From the IMG/VR virus record IMGVR_UViG_3300025626_002025: a DNA stretch of 64,000 nt; one strand, given 5' to 3'. The translations under genes and the position numbers were made by a program. The notes under the pieces were generated by a model. It did not search any database. It saw only the letters and a list, made by a program, of their open reading frames with translations, and was not told the origin of the DNA. Each line of letters opens with the position of its first letter. The stretch's first letter is position 1. Origin of the DNA: a virus. Below, piece by piece: positions 56,742-64,000 of this stretch.

Positions 56742-57557
56742 TCAAATAAAAGATGTTTTTTCAACATCATTCAATATATTATATACTTCTTGGATACATA
56801 CTTTGTAGAATTTTATTCCACCAACCCAGTGAGAATACCTATGTCCATTGGATTCACTTAAAAATCCAACATTAAATTTATTTGATTCTATTGTGTTTGC
56901 AAAATGATATTGGCAGATTATAAGTGATGGGATTAGTTTCTTTTTTCTTAAATTATCAATTGGTTCTATGTTGTTTAGATAATGATTTTTCATTTCATAG
57001 TAACCACTTATTAATGCATCTTTAGTAGATTGGTTGTTGAATTTTATAACACCAACGTTACAAGAAAAGGTATTAGTATTGGTGTAGTTCTTTACTAACT
57101 TATCAGTATTATATTTTTCAAATATTTCTAGCATAGTTACATATCCATTGTAACTATCCCATTCTTTATTTAATACATTTTTCTTAGTTTCTTTATTTTC
57201 AAATATAGCATCGTATCCGAATTCATTCATAAAATCCAATCGAGAAGTTAGAATAATATCTCCATCAAATGTTATACAATCTAAATCATTCTGTGTATGT
57301 ATCCATATTTTTAAATCATCTACTAAATCAAATTTAATATTATCAATACAATAACTACTATCAATGTATTCTTTTAAATTAGATATGGTTATAGAATCTC
57401 CATATAATTTAATTTTATATCCAAACTCCCTTGCTCGTATCATGGAAGCTTTATACATATCGTATAGATATTTTAAATCAGAAACACAAGTTGTTTTTGT
57501 TTTAGAAGTTTCATCATAAAGACCCATCCTAGAATCAAAGCTATATGTTAATGTCAT
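56742..57557 (-). CDS. GT-A-like (DUF6734-like) putative glycosyltransferase
   Basis: KLYGD, LKIW...ITFDGDI (DxD), NVGVI and YSHWVG. Confidence 0.5.
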   Translation of the reverse strand: MTLTYSFDSRMGLYDETSKTKTTCVSDLKYLYDMYKASMIRAREFGYKIKLYGDSITISNLKEYIDSSYCIDNIKFDLVDDLKIWIHTQNDLDCITFDGDIILTSRLDFMNEFGYDAIFENKETKKNVLNKEWDSYNGYVTMLEIFEKYNTDKLVKNYTNTNTFSCNVGVIKFNNQSTKDALISGYYEMKNHYLNNIEPIDNLRKKKLIPSLIICQYHFANTIESNKFNVGFLSESNGHRYSHWVGGIKFYKVCIQEVYNILNDVEKTSFI

Positions 57558-58483
57558 AATAGTGTTGTTCCTTTTTCTAAGTTTTTAATTAGGGTATTCA
57601 TCTTATTTGAAAATAAAGTTCTTTCTTCTTCCTTTTCGATTAACTTTACCTTATGAAGCCAAACATGATAATATTTAATTGATATAGATTTGTATTTACC
57701 AAGATATACTTTATAAGGCATACCACCATAGTTTAAATCAACCCCATCTGGATACTTCCAATCATCTGCATGAGAAATATATGCACATTCTTCCAAACAT
57801 CCTATGTTTAGTTTCATAAATCTTGCTATATATCCAAGAATACCTTGGTCTGCAAGTAGCCAAGTATCTACACCAGTTTCTACTTCAGTATTATAAATAA
57901 TTTTTTTATGTAGTTCCCAATACTCTTTTAGTAGAGTTATATTATTTACATAAAGAAAACTTGTATTTGGATATAAGTTGTTTGGATAGTAATATGGTAA
58001 ATCTAGTTGTTTAAATTTATTATTAGAAACGTATAAGTCATTTCTACTCAATTCCCATTGATTGTGAATTAAATCATAGTTTTTTAATAATCCATAATCT
58101 ACTTTTTCTAAAAGTATAAAATCTAAATCAAGAAAAATAAATGGTTCTTTTTGATTACATATTACATATGTTTTACCAGATGTCCAATATGTACCTGCAT
58201 CAAATGTGTGGTTGTCTGTAAATTCATTTAGTAAATCAACATTGATTTCATCATAACATTCGAGAAGATTATATTTTTTGAATACTTCATATCCTAATGA
58301 ATCTGTATATAGTATAGATTTACCTACATATTTACTTGCAGATAGTGCAGATGTTTTTGTATATTCAACTTCATAACTTAATAAATCAACCCCCTTAACC
58401 CAGTTGTGTTTATCTGAATTATATTCTATTGAATTGTTTTTATATAGGTACGGTTTTGTCCAATAAACAAATATTGAATTCAT
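57554..58483 (-). CDS. GT-A-like (DUF6734-like) putative glycosyltransferase
   Basis: ILYTDS.G, YWTSGK...QKEPFIFLDLDF (DxD), PNTSF, ADQ and YYHVW; distant paralog of its neighbour. Confidence 0.55.
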   Translation of the reverse strand: MNSIFVYWTKPYLYKNNSIEYNSDKHNWVKGVDLLSYEVEYTKTSALSASKYVGKSILYTDSLGYEVFKKYNLLECYDEINVDLLNEFTDNHTFDAGTYWTSGKTYVICNQKEPFIFLDLDFILLEKVDYGLLKNYDLIHNQWELSRNDLYVSNNKFKQLDLPYYYPNNLYPNTSFLYVNNITLLKEYWELHKKIIYNTEVETGVDTWLLADQGILGYIARFMKLNIGCLEECAYISHADDWKYPDGVDLNYGGMPYKVYLGKYKSISIKYYHVWLHKVKLIEKEEERTLFSNKMNTLIKNLEKGTTLL

Positions 58484-58507
58484 AACATATTGGTATATAG
58501 ATGTGGT

Positions 58508-58657
58508 TTACGAATGTTTATCTAAAACATAAGAAAAGAAGTTTCCCATAATTCTATTTACTTCAACCTTTTCCGCCGCACTTACTGTTACACTTTGTGC
58601 ATTATTTTGTTTGGTTTTGTAAATTAAACTCGGTATTTCTGATTTTGTAATAGCCAT
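58508..58657 (-). CDS. 49-aa peptide (not in the ORF track): MAITKSEIPSLIYKTKQNNAQSVTVSAAEKVEVNRIMGNFFSYVLDKHS
   Basis: AAAGGA RBS; fills the gap between the 570-aa gene and the GT-like gene. Confidence 0.65.
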   Translation of the reverse strand: MAITKSEIPSLIYKTKQNNAQSVTVSAAEKVEVNRIMGNFFSYVLDKHS

Positions 58658-58672
58658 AATTGTATTATCCTT

Positions 58673-60385
58673 TTATTGTACTTTTTTAAAGTTGTGTACA
58701 GTTGCAGTTAACATTACTTGTTGATTTCCGGATGCATCATTTGCAAGTATATAATTATCTTCTGTTTCAACATCCATCTCTATAAAAGAACCTGTGTTAT
58801 TATTTAGTATATGTACACTTGATGTTAAAATTGGAATTAAACTAGAATCTACATTAAATAAGAAATCATCTCCAGGTATTATTGAGGTAACATTTTTAAA
58901 TTTAAATTCATTTGAAGAACTTACATAAAGTAAAGCATTCGTATCTGTTGACATAAAATTCGATTCATCACTTCCACTTACTCTTAATTCATATATCATG
59001 TTATTCCACATCTCAATTGAAGTAGGTGTTGAAACTACAACAGATTGTGTATAAGCAGAATTTGCAGGTAATGTGTTTCCTGCAACAGATACATTTATAA
59101 AGTGAGAAGCTAAATCCTCATCATCAGTTATACCAGGTATATAAAACGCCTTTACAACAGAACCACTAACTATATCTGTTATATCAACTATCTCGTTACT
59201 GGCTGATACAACATTTTCTGTTTCGAATACTCCTCGTTTTCTACTATTCTCTTTTATATAAGAAGTTGAAAATTCATGGTAATGTTTTCTATTATAAAAG
59301 TGAGCTTCTATATCAAAATCTCCAAAATTTACATCATCGTATGTAGGTAACTCTAATATACTCTTTCCACTAACAGTTCCTAAACTTAGGTGAGTAAGAG
59401 ATGAACCATATACAATCCCATAATGTCTAATAGAAGTAACATGATTATCAACTATCGAACCAGAACCATATTCAAAGTTAGTATAATAACAATGACTATC
59501 TAATGCAGATGATGATAGGAAATACTCAATACGAGCTTCATCATGTTCAGAACCAGTTTCATATGTACCATCTACAAAAATATGTGTAGGTAATAAATCT
59601 TGATTAGGTATCCATTCAACCTCATCTTCACTACCAGTCATATGCCACATTCTTGGATAATAACTTCCATTTATTTCAATAAAGTCTCCATCCGCTTGCT
59701 CTACATAACTACCTGATACTAAATCATGTGTGTATTGTAAGTTTTGAACATCAATATAGTTACCATCAACTATAGCATGAGTTCCGCTATCACTAGTTAT
59801 ATATATTCCATCATCCAAGTGTCCACCTAATTTAATAAATGAAACAGTACTTGTTGACCATTGACTTTTAAGAACAATATCTGGAAAAGTTCCTGGATTA
59901 GTTTTTCTTTCCAATACATCAATATGCATATCGGAACTACTAACAAAGAATGGAATTGCATCACTCGATGCAGTGTACTCATTAAATATAGATAAAGAAT
60001 TTACATCATGTTTAGCATATACAGAATCAACGATAGCGTTTTCATCATATGCAAATCTAAGAATAAATTTGTTAGATGCATCGGTTACCGCAGTTGGGTA
60101 TATTGTGTTGAAATCTTCTTCGTGTGATGTCCATGTTGTGATAAAAGAGGCATTATCTCTAATAGATGCTGATAGGTGGTTTACAAGTGATTGTTGTATT
60201 GATGGTTTATATATTACTTCAATTGTATCTATTGTTTCGTTTTGTAGTAATGTTATAAGTCCAGAGTAATCAATTCCGTCATCATCAACCGCGCCAAATA
60301 CATCCATAGTATCTGTATTAAGTTCTATGAATTTAAGTCCATTATCTGTTTTAATAAAATCTGCTGAGAAAAATGTTCCCTTCAT
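58673..60385 (-). CDS. Circularly permuted ATP-grasp-like domain fused to a C-terminal Hint-like domain
   Basis: N-terminal SADFIKTDNGLKFIELNTDT (GspS-like D-F...LK..E.N.D) and DIVLK; C-terminal ITDIVSGSVV...IIPGDDFL...MDVETEDNYI...VHN. Confidence 0.55.
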   Translation of the reverse strand: MKGTFFSADFIKTDNGLKFIELNTDTMDVFGAVDDDGIDYSGLITLLQNETIDTIEVIYKPSIQQSLVNHLSASIRDNASFITTWTSHEEDFNTIYPTAVTDASNKFILRFAYDENAIVDSVYAKHDVNSLSIFNEYTASSDAIPFFVSSSDMHIDVLERKTNPGTFPDIVLKSQWSTSTVSFIKLGGHLDDGIYITSDSGTHAIVDGNYIDVQNLQYTHDLVSGSYVEQADGDFIEINGSYYPRMWHMTGSEDEVEWIPNQDLLPTHIFVDGTYETGSEHDEARIEYFLSSSALDSHCYYTNFEYGSGSIVDNHVTSIRHYGIVYGSSLTHLSLGTVSGKSILELPTYDDVNFGDFDIEAHFYNRKHYHEFSTSYIKENSRKRGVFETENVVSASNEIVDITDIVSGSVVKAFYIPGITDDEDLASHFINVSVAGNTLPANSAYTQSVVVSTPTSIEMWNNMIYELRVSGSDESNFMSTDTNALLYVSSSNEFKFKNVTSIIPGDDFLFNVDSSLIPILTSSVHILNNNTGSFIEMDVETEDNYILANDASGNQQVMLTATVHNFKKVQ

Positions 60386-60408
60386 GGTGTTGTCCTGTTT
60401 ATCTTTAC

Positions 60409-60416
60409 TATAAATA
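60409..60416 (-). promoter_or_regulatory. Putative late promoter TATTTATA heading the ATP-grasp/Hint operon
   Basis: About 23 nt upstream of the ATG at 60385. Confidence 0.6.
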
Positions 60417-60418
60417 TA

Positions 60419-60778
60419 CTAAAGTAAGTTTTTGTGATTCTGTAATCTTTTTTTTGAATTTCTTTTGATAAAATTACTTTTGTATTTTGATACTTCACTA
60501 CACCCTTCATAGTTTTCGTTTTTTTCAAAATACTTTATAGCTATATCATATACTTCCATAAATTCAGATTCTTTTATTAATATAGCATTTCCTGCATTTG
60601 GATGAACAACTACAACTATTTTATTTCTACCATTTTTATTAGCAGAATTAATTCCTCTAGTTAGTTCTGTAAATATCGAAGTTCCTCTCGATTCAAGAAA
60701 TCTTTTTATTCGTGGATTATCATCATCTTCTATTAGATACTTTCTCCAATCAACTGTATTTAGTAATTGTGTATTCAT
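60419..60778 (-). CDS. Hypothetical protein with a UVR-like C-terminal helix
   Basis: AIKYFEKNENYEGCSEV. Confidence 0.55.
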   Translation of the reverse strand: MNTQLLNTVDWRKYLIEDDDNPRIKRFLESRGTSIFTELTRGINSANKNGRNKIVVVVHPNAGNAILIKESEFMEVYDIAIKYFEKNENYEGCSEVSKYKSNFIKRNSKKRLQNHKNLL

Positions 60779-61554
60779 TATAATCTATTCCAGTTATTAT
60801 TTCTAAAAATATAATTATCAGAACCTTGATTTCTAATTTCAAATTCGTAGTTACCTCGTCCAAGTGGACCGTTTTCGGATAGTATAGTGTTGTTTCTTGA
60901 ACCACCTCCACCAGATGAACTTCCACCAAATCCACCTCGTTGTGGTGCATATCTAGGTGTAGTTGAGGTTGAGGAACTTCTTCCTCTACCAATCATTCCT
61001 CGTATTCCTCTTGGTCTTGGAGTAGGAGTATTTGTTGGAGTAGTAGTATTTGTTGGAGGACTTGCTTTTGGTGCAGGGTCTGCAACTACGGTTACTGGTT
61101 CAGCAGTTTCCTTACTTGGTTCTTCTGGTGTAGCACTTGGAGGGTCTCCAACTTTGAGTGCTTCTATCATTTCTTGTTTTATTGTAAAACTTCTCCAGTT
61201 TGTGTCTCCCGAAATTGAATCACTACTACCATCAATTAGATATGTACAAAAATTACCAACTGCATTATTATTGGTTATGACATGACTAACATCCACTGCT
61301 GCATATGATTCTTTTTCTGTAAAGGTTTTGTAAAAACCATTAACAACCGAACCGATTGATGCTAAAAGTTGAGGATATTTAGATGGGAAATTCCCACCTC
61401 CGTTTGAGGTAACCTTACCAGATGGTTTTGTTATCTCAACTGCACCTACAAAGTTTGGGGTTTTGGGAGGTGCTGGTCTGACATTTTCTTGTGGAGGGTC
61501 AAACGGATTGGTTTCCCTAATTGTTTCTCTATATGAATTTTTTTGACGTGCCAT
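60778..61554 (-). CDS. Hypothetical late protein with a Pro/Thr linker and a G/R/N-rich tail
   Basis: 258-aa ORF with a late motif about 16 nt upstream. Confidence 0.65.
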   Translation of the reverse strand: MARQKNSYRETIRETNPFDPPQENVRPAPPKTPNFVGAVEITKPSGKVTSNGGGNFPSKYPQLLASIGSVVNGFYKTFTEKESYAAVDVSHVITNNNAVGNFCTYLIDGSSDSISGDTNWRSFTIKQEMIEALKVGDPPSATPEEPSKETAEPVTVVADPAPKASPPTNTTTPTNTPTPRPRGIRGMIGRGRSSSTSTTPRYAPQRGGFGGSSSGGGGSRNNTILSENGPLGRGNYEFEIRNQGSDNYIFRNNNWNRL

Positions 61555-61590
61555 TTATATATCCTTCTACTATAAATATAAGGATATAAA

Positions 61591-61752
61591 TTACTTGGTA
61601 GATAGTTTGTAAAACGCCTTTTCAATAGAACCATCGAAATCTAGTGTTCTATCTTCTTCTCTCAATTGTTTAGATAATGAAAATACTTCATTAAATATAC
61701 CAAGTGAATGGGATTCATATAAAAGTCCTTCTGTGAATTTAGATTGAGTCAT
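61591..61752 (-). CDS. Small hypothetical protein, 53 aa
   Basis: Hand translation MTQSKFTEGLLYESH...; ATACTTAT motif upstream. Confidence 0.5.
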   Translation of the reverse strand: MTQSKFTEGLLYESHSLGIFNEVFSLSKQLREEDRTLDFDGSIEKAFYKLSTK

Positions 61753-61782
61753 GATGTAAATGTGTTGGTGTACTAATAAGTA

Positions 61783-62241
61783 TTACAACCCACCATATTC
61801 ATCATCATAAAATTGAACATCTATTCCTGCTTCTTCTAGCATGTCCCAACTTCTGTTGTAGTTTTCTTCCCAATGTGTACCTTTAGTAGTAACACCTCGT
61901 TCACAAAAGATTCGTGTGATACCTGAATTTATGATTCCTCTTGCACAATCTACACATGGAATTCCACAAGATAGATACATAGTACAACCTTTAGTTGATA
62001 CTCCTATTCTTGCTGCATTATATATTGCATTTCGTTCACCATGCTCAAACCAATAATACTTTTCGGGTCTTTCTTGTCTTGATTTCTTAGTATCATCCAA
62101 TCCTCGTGGGAATGAGTTATAACCAGTAGATACAATTTCTTTATCGTTACCAACGATAATTGCACCAATCTGTGTGTTTTCATCTTTGGATTTAAGTTTG
62201 ACTGTGTGAGCCAATGTTCTAAAGTATTCTACCCATCTCAT
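61783..62241 (-). CDS. dCMP deaminase
   Basis: SKD..TQIGA, TGYN, HGERNA (HAE variant), PCVDC and IINSGI. Confidence 0.9.
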   Translation of the reverse strand: MRWVEYFRTLAHTVKLKSKDENTQIGAIIVGNDKEIVSTGYNSFPRGLDDTKKSRQERPEKYYWFEHGERNAIYNAARIGVSTKGCTMYLSCGIPCVDCARGIINSGITRIFCERGVTTKGTHWEENYNRSWDMLEEAGIDVQFYDDEYGGL

Positions 62242-62254
62242 AGTATATAAGTAT

Positions 62255-62461
62255 TTAATTTATATCTTCCCATTCAGGTTCTTCTACTAATTCACAAAAC
62301 CAATACGCTCCTTCTTTGTTTACTTTGAATGCAGTATCAACTCCCAACCATTCTTTAATCAGAGTAGGATTCTTAACTCTATCAATTGATATTACCCCAT
62401 GGATAATATATAATCGGTCATTGATATATCTAGCCTTTCGTTTATTGGAAGGAAATATCAT
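62255..62461 (-). CDS. Hypothetical protein
   Basis: 68-aa ORF. Confidence 0.55.
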   Translation of the reverse strand: MIFPSNKRKARYINDRLYIIHGVISIDRVKNPTLIKEWLGVDTAFKVNKEGAYWFCELVEEPEWEDIN

Positions 62462-62473
62462 TTTATTAAGTTA

Positions 62474-62647
62474 TTACTTACGAACAAAAATTGAAGCAAG
62501 TATCATAATTATCAACGTACCTGCACCAAAAACTTCAAACCAATTTGCTGATACTATTCCAAAGTTTAAATTTAAACTCCAAATTAGTGTAGTGATAATA
62601 GAAAGAGCAATCGTTCCTTTTAATATATCTTTACTTTTATTATTCAT
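62474..62647 (-). CDS. Small 2-TM membrane protein, 57 aa
   Basis: Hand translation MNNKSKDILKGTIALSII...; start overlaps the upstream stop codon. Confidence 0.5.
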   Translation of the reverse strand: MNNKSKDILKGTIALSIITTLIWSLNLNFGIVSANWFEVFGAGTLIIMILASIFVRK

Positions 62648-63117
62648 TATCCAATATGTTTTTTAATTTTAGAATTACCAAATAGTAAATATAAACTCCA
62701 TCCCCAATAAGGTAGAGCCAATACAAGGTAAGTAATGTAATCTCCATTGGGTAAAGTTGGTGCTGGTGTATCTAACACATTGATTGCATTTTGTGGATTG
62801 AATCCTTCTAATACAAAAGCATATATGAATGTACACGCAAGTAACCACCCTGCTTTGTTAGGAAAGAATGCATTGATTCTTTTGTAAGTTGTTGCTAGTG
62901 AAAACCAAATCATTGGTATGATACCTAATGCACCCAATCCAACTAACAACCCTGCTAATACTGCATTGGTTTTGATTAGAGCAACCCCTATTCCAATTAA
63001 GATTACAATCGGAATAATAAATAGTACTGTTGCTAATCCTCTTAGAAAGTAATCTGTTCCATTAGTGGTATTTTTGAATTGAAAGTATTTACCAAACTTT
63101 TGTTTTAATTTGTTCAT
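62647..63117 (-). CDS. DUF805-like membrane protein
   Basis: F.G/N....DY start, TMs, LATTYKRI..F...GW and C-terminal LLFGNS. Confidence 0.55.
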   Translation of the reverse strand: MNKLKQKFGKYFQFKNTTNGTDYFLRGLATVLFIIPIVILIGIGVALIKTNAVLAGLLVGLGALGIIPMIWFSLATTYKRINAFFPNKAGWLLACTFIYAFVLEGFNPQNAINVLDTPAPTLPNGDYITYLVLALPYWGWSLYLLFGNSKIKKHIG

Positions 63118-63155
63118 GTTTTTATTATTATTAATTAGTGGTTATACCACCATTG

Positions 63156-63240
63156 CGGAGAAAGAGGGATTCGAACCCCCGGTACCTTGCAGTACACTTG
63201 ATTTCAAGTCAAGCACATTCGACCACTCTGACATTTCTCC
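63156..63240 (-). tRNA. tRNA-Ser (anticodon TGA)
   Basis: GGAGAAA/TTTCTCC acceptor stem, CTTGA-CT TGA AA-TCAAG anticodon arm, long variable arm and GGTTCGAATCC T-loop. Confidence 0.92.
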
Positions 63241-63247
63241 TATCATA

Positions 63248-63583
63248 TTAAAAGTTTTGTCTTAATGCAAAGAAATCATCTCTCATCTGTTGAACTTCTT
63301 TTAATAGTTCTTCGTTAGTTGTTGGAATCTTTTTTATAATCTGTTCCGTTAACTTTTCTAATTTTTTCTTATTATCTGATTTAATCTCTATTTCAACACC
63401 TCGGATTAATTCATGAATCTCATCATAATCCCTACCGAGTTTTTGGGATAGTTCAATATAGTATTCAGATACTCTACTGTTGGTTTCATTGTGTAAATCG
63501 TTTACTTTTTTTTGTAATTTATATACTCCTCTTGCTAACAAGATACATGAGATAGATAAAAGTACTATTGCTAATATAATCAT
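63248..63583 (-). CDS. Single-TM coiled-coil protein
   Basis: 111-aa ORF between the two tRNAs. Confidence 0.6.
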   Translation of the reverse strand: MIILAIVLLSISCILLARGVYKLQKKVNDLHNETNSRVSEYYIELSQKLGRDYDEIHELIRGVEIEIKSDNKKKLEKLTEQIIKKIPTTNEELLKEVQQMRDDFFALRQNF

Positions 63584-63598
63584 AATTTTTAATGTTTG

Positions 63599-63670
63599 TA
63601 GCCCGTAGGGGAATCGAACCCCTCTTACCAGGATGAAAACCTGGCGTCCTAGCCGATAGACGAACGGGCC
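63599..63670 (-). tRNA. tRNA-Glu (anticodon TTC)
   Basis: GGCCCGT/ACGGGCT acceptor stem, CCAGG-TT TTC AT-CCTGG anticodon arm and GGTTCGATTCC T-loop. Confidence 0.93.
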
Positions 63671-63675
63671 AGTTT

Positions 63676-63999
63676 TTATTGTGGTTCTTGTTCTTCTTCT
63701 AAATCTTCAAGTTCTTCAAGTCTATCTACTATCTGCTTTTGATTTGAATCAAGTGTATCTAGGTTAATATAAATTCCTTCATTTATATTATCATGCTTTG
63801 CATCTAGTTCTACAATAACTCGTTCTGCCTTTTGAATTAAATCTCTTATCTCATCAATAGATGCAGTATAATCTTCAATTTCATCTAAAGATTCTTGAGT
63901 TTCTTTTCTCATAGATGATATTGATTTAACCGACCATACAACTCCAACTACACATAGTGTTAGAATAATTCCTAGTAAAAATATAATAAATGTTTCCAT
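63676..63999 (-). CDS. Single-TM coiled-coil protein
   Basis: 107-aa ORF with an N-terminal TM. Confidence 0.6.
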   Translation of the reverse strand: METFIIFLLGIILTLCVVGVVWSVKSISSMRKETQESLDEIEDYTASIDEIRDLIQKAERVIVELDAKHDNINEGIYINLDTLDSNQKQIVDRLEELEDLEEEQEPQ

Positions 64000-64000
64000 T

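Noticed and set aside
58673-59233. Functional splicing intein
   Set aside because: No Cys/Ser at position 1, no block-B His, Phe at +1, and only a 5-residue C-extein.
235-62666. Many plus-strand ORFs of 60-150 aa in the track, and short alternate-frame minus-strand ORFs
   Set aside because: They are antisense or out-of-frame shadows of well-supported minus-strand genes and have no recognisable motifs.
63156-63240. tRNA with TGA read as a selenocysteine or suppressor tRNA
   Set aside because: Anticodon TGA reads UCA (Ser); a Sec or opal suppressor would need anticodon TCA.
1-64000. Stop-codon reassignment as seen in some large Bacteroidota phages
   Set aside because: Known enzymes are full length in the standard code, and TAG/TGA stops coincide with gene boundaries and ATGA overlaps.

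Overview
This window is 64 kb of an AT-rich, gene-dense large myovirus-type (contractile-tail) phage genome. Nearly all genes are on the minus strand and use the standard genetic code. Seven Bacteroidota-type promoters (TT(T)G-N20-TAnnTT(T)G-like) point to a Bacteroidota host, probably a flavobacterium. Contents in order: glycosyl-, methyl- and sulfo-transferase genes around a 2300-aa tail fibre; a fused Mre11-Rad50 (gp47/gp46) nuclease, primase and GIY-YIG nuclease; a baseplate module (gp6-, gp25-, gp5- and gpI/gp7-like); a carbamoyltransferase, gp55-like sigma factor and endolysin; metabolic and stress genes (def, metK, thyA, helicase, uvsE, iscA, Hsp20, NT5C, phoH, dCMP deaminase); and tRNA-Ser and tRNA-Glu. 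Best candidates for undescribed biology: (1) a phage-encoded virion glycan-decoration system, with GT7/GT2/GT4/GT25, a sulfotransferase, methyl- and carbamoyltransferases, and a recurrent [ST]-G-S motif in structural proteins; (2) a late operon encoding a circularly permuted ATP-grasp-like protein fused to a degenerate Hint domain, followed by an unannotated 49-aa peptide and tailoring enzymes; (3) a late promoter motif, TATTTATA, that is the exact reverse complement of the T4 late promoter, alongside a gp55-like sigma. All family calls come from motif recognition by eye; no searches were run.
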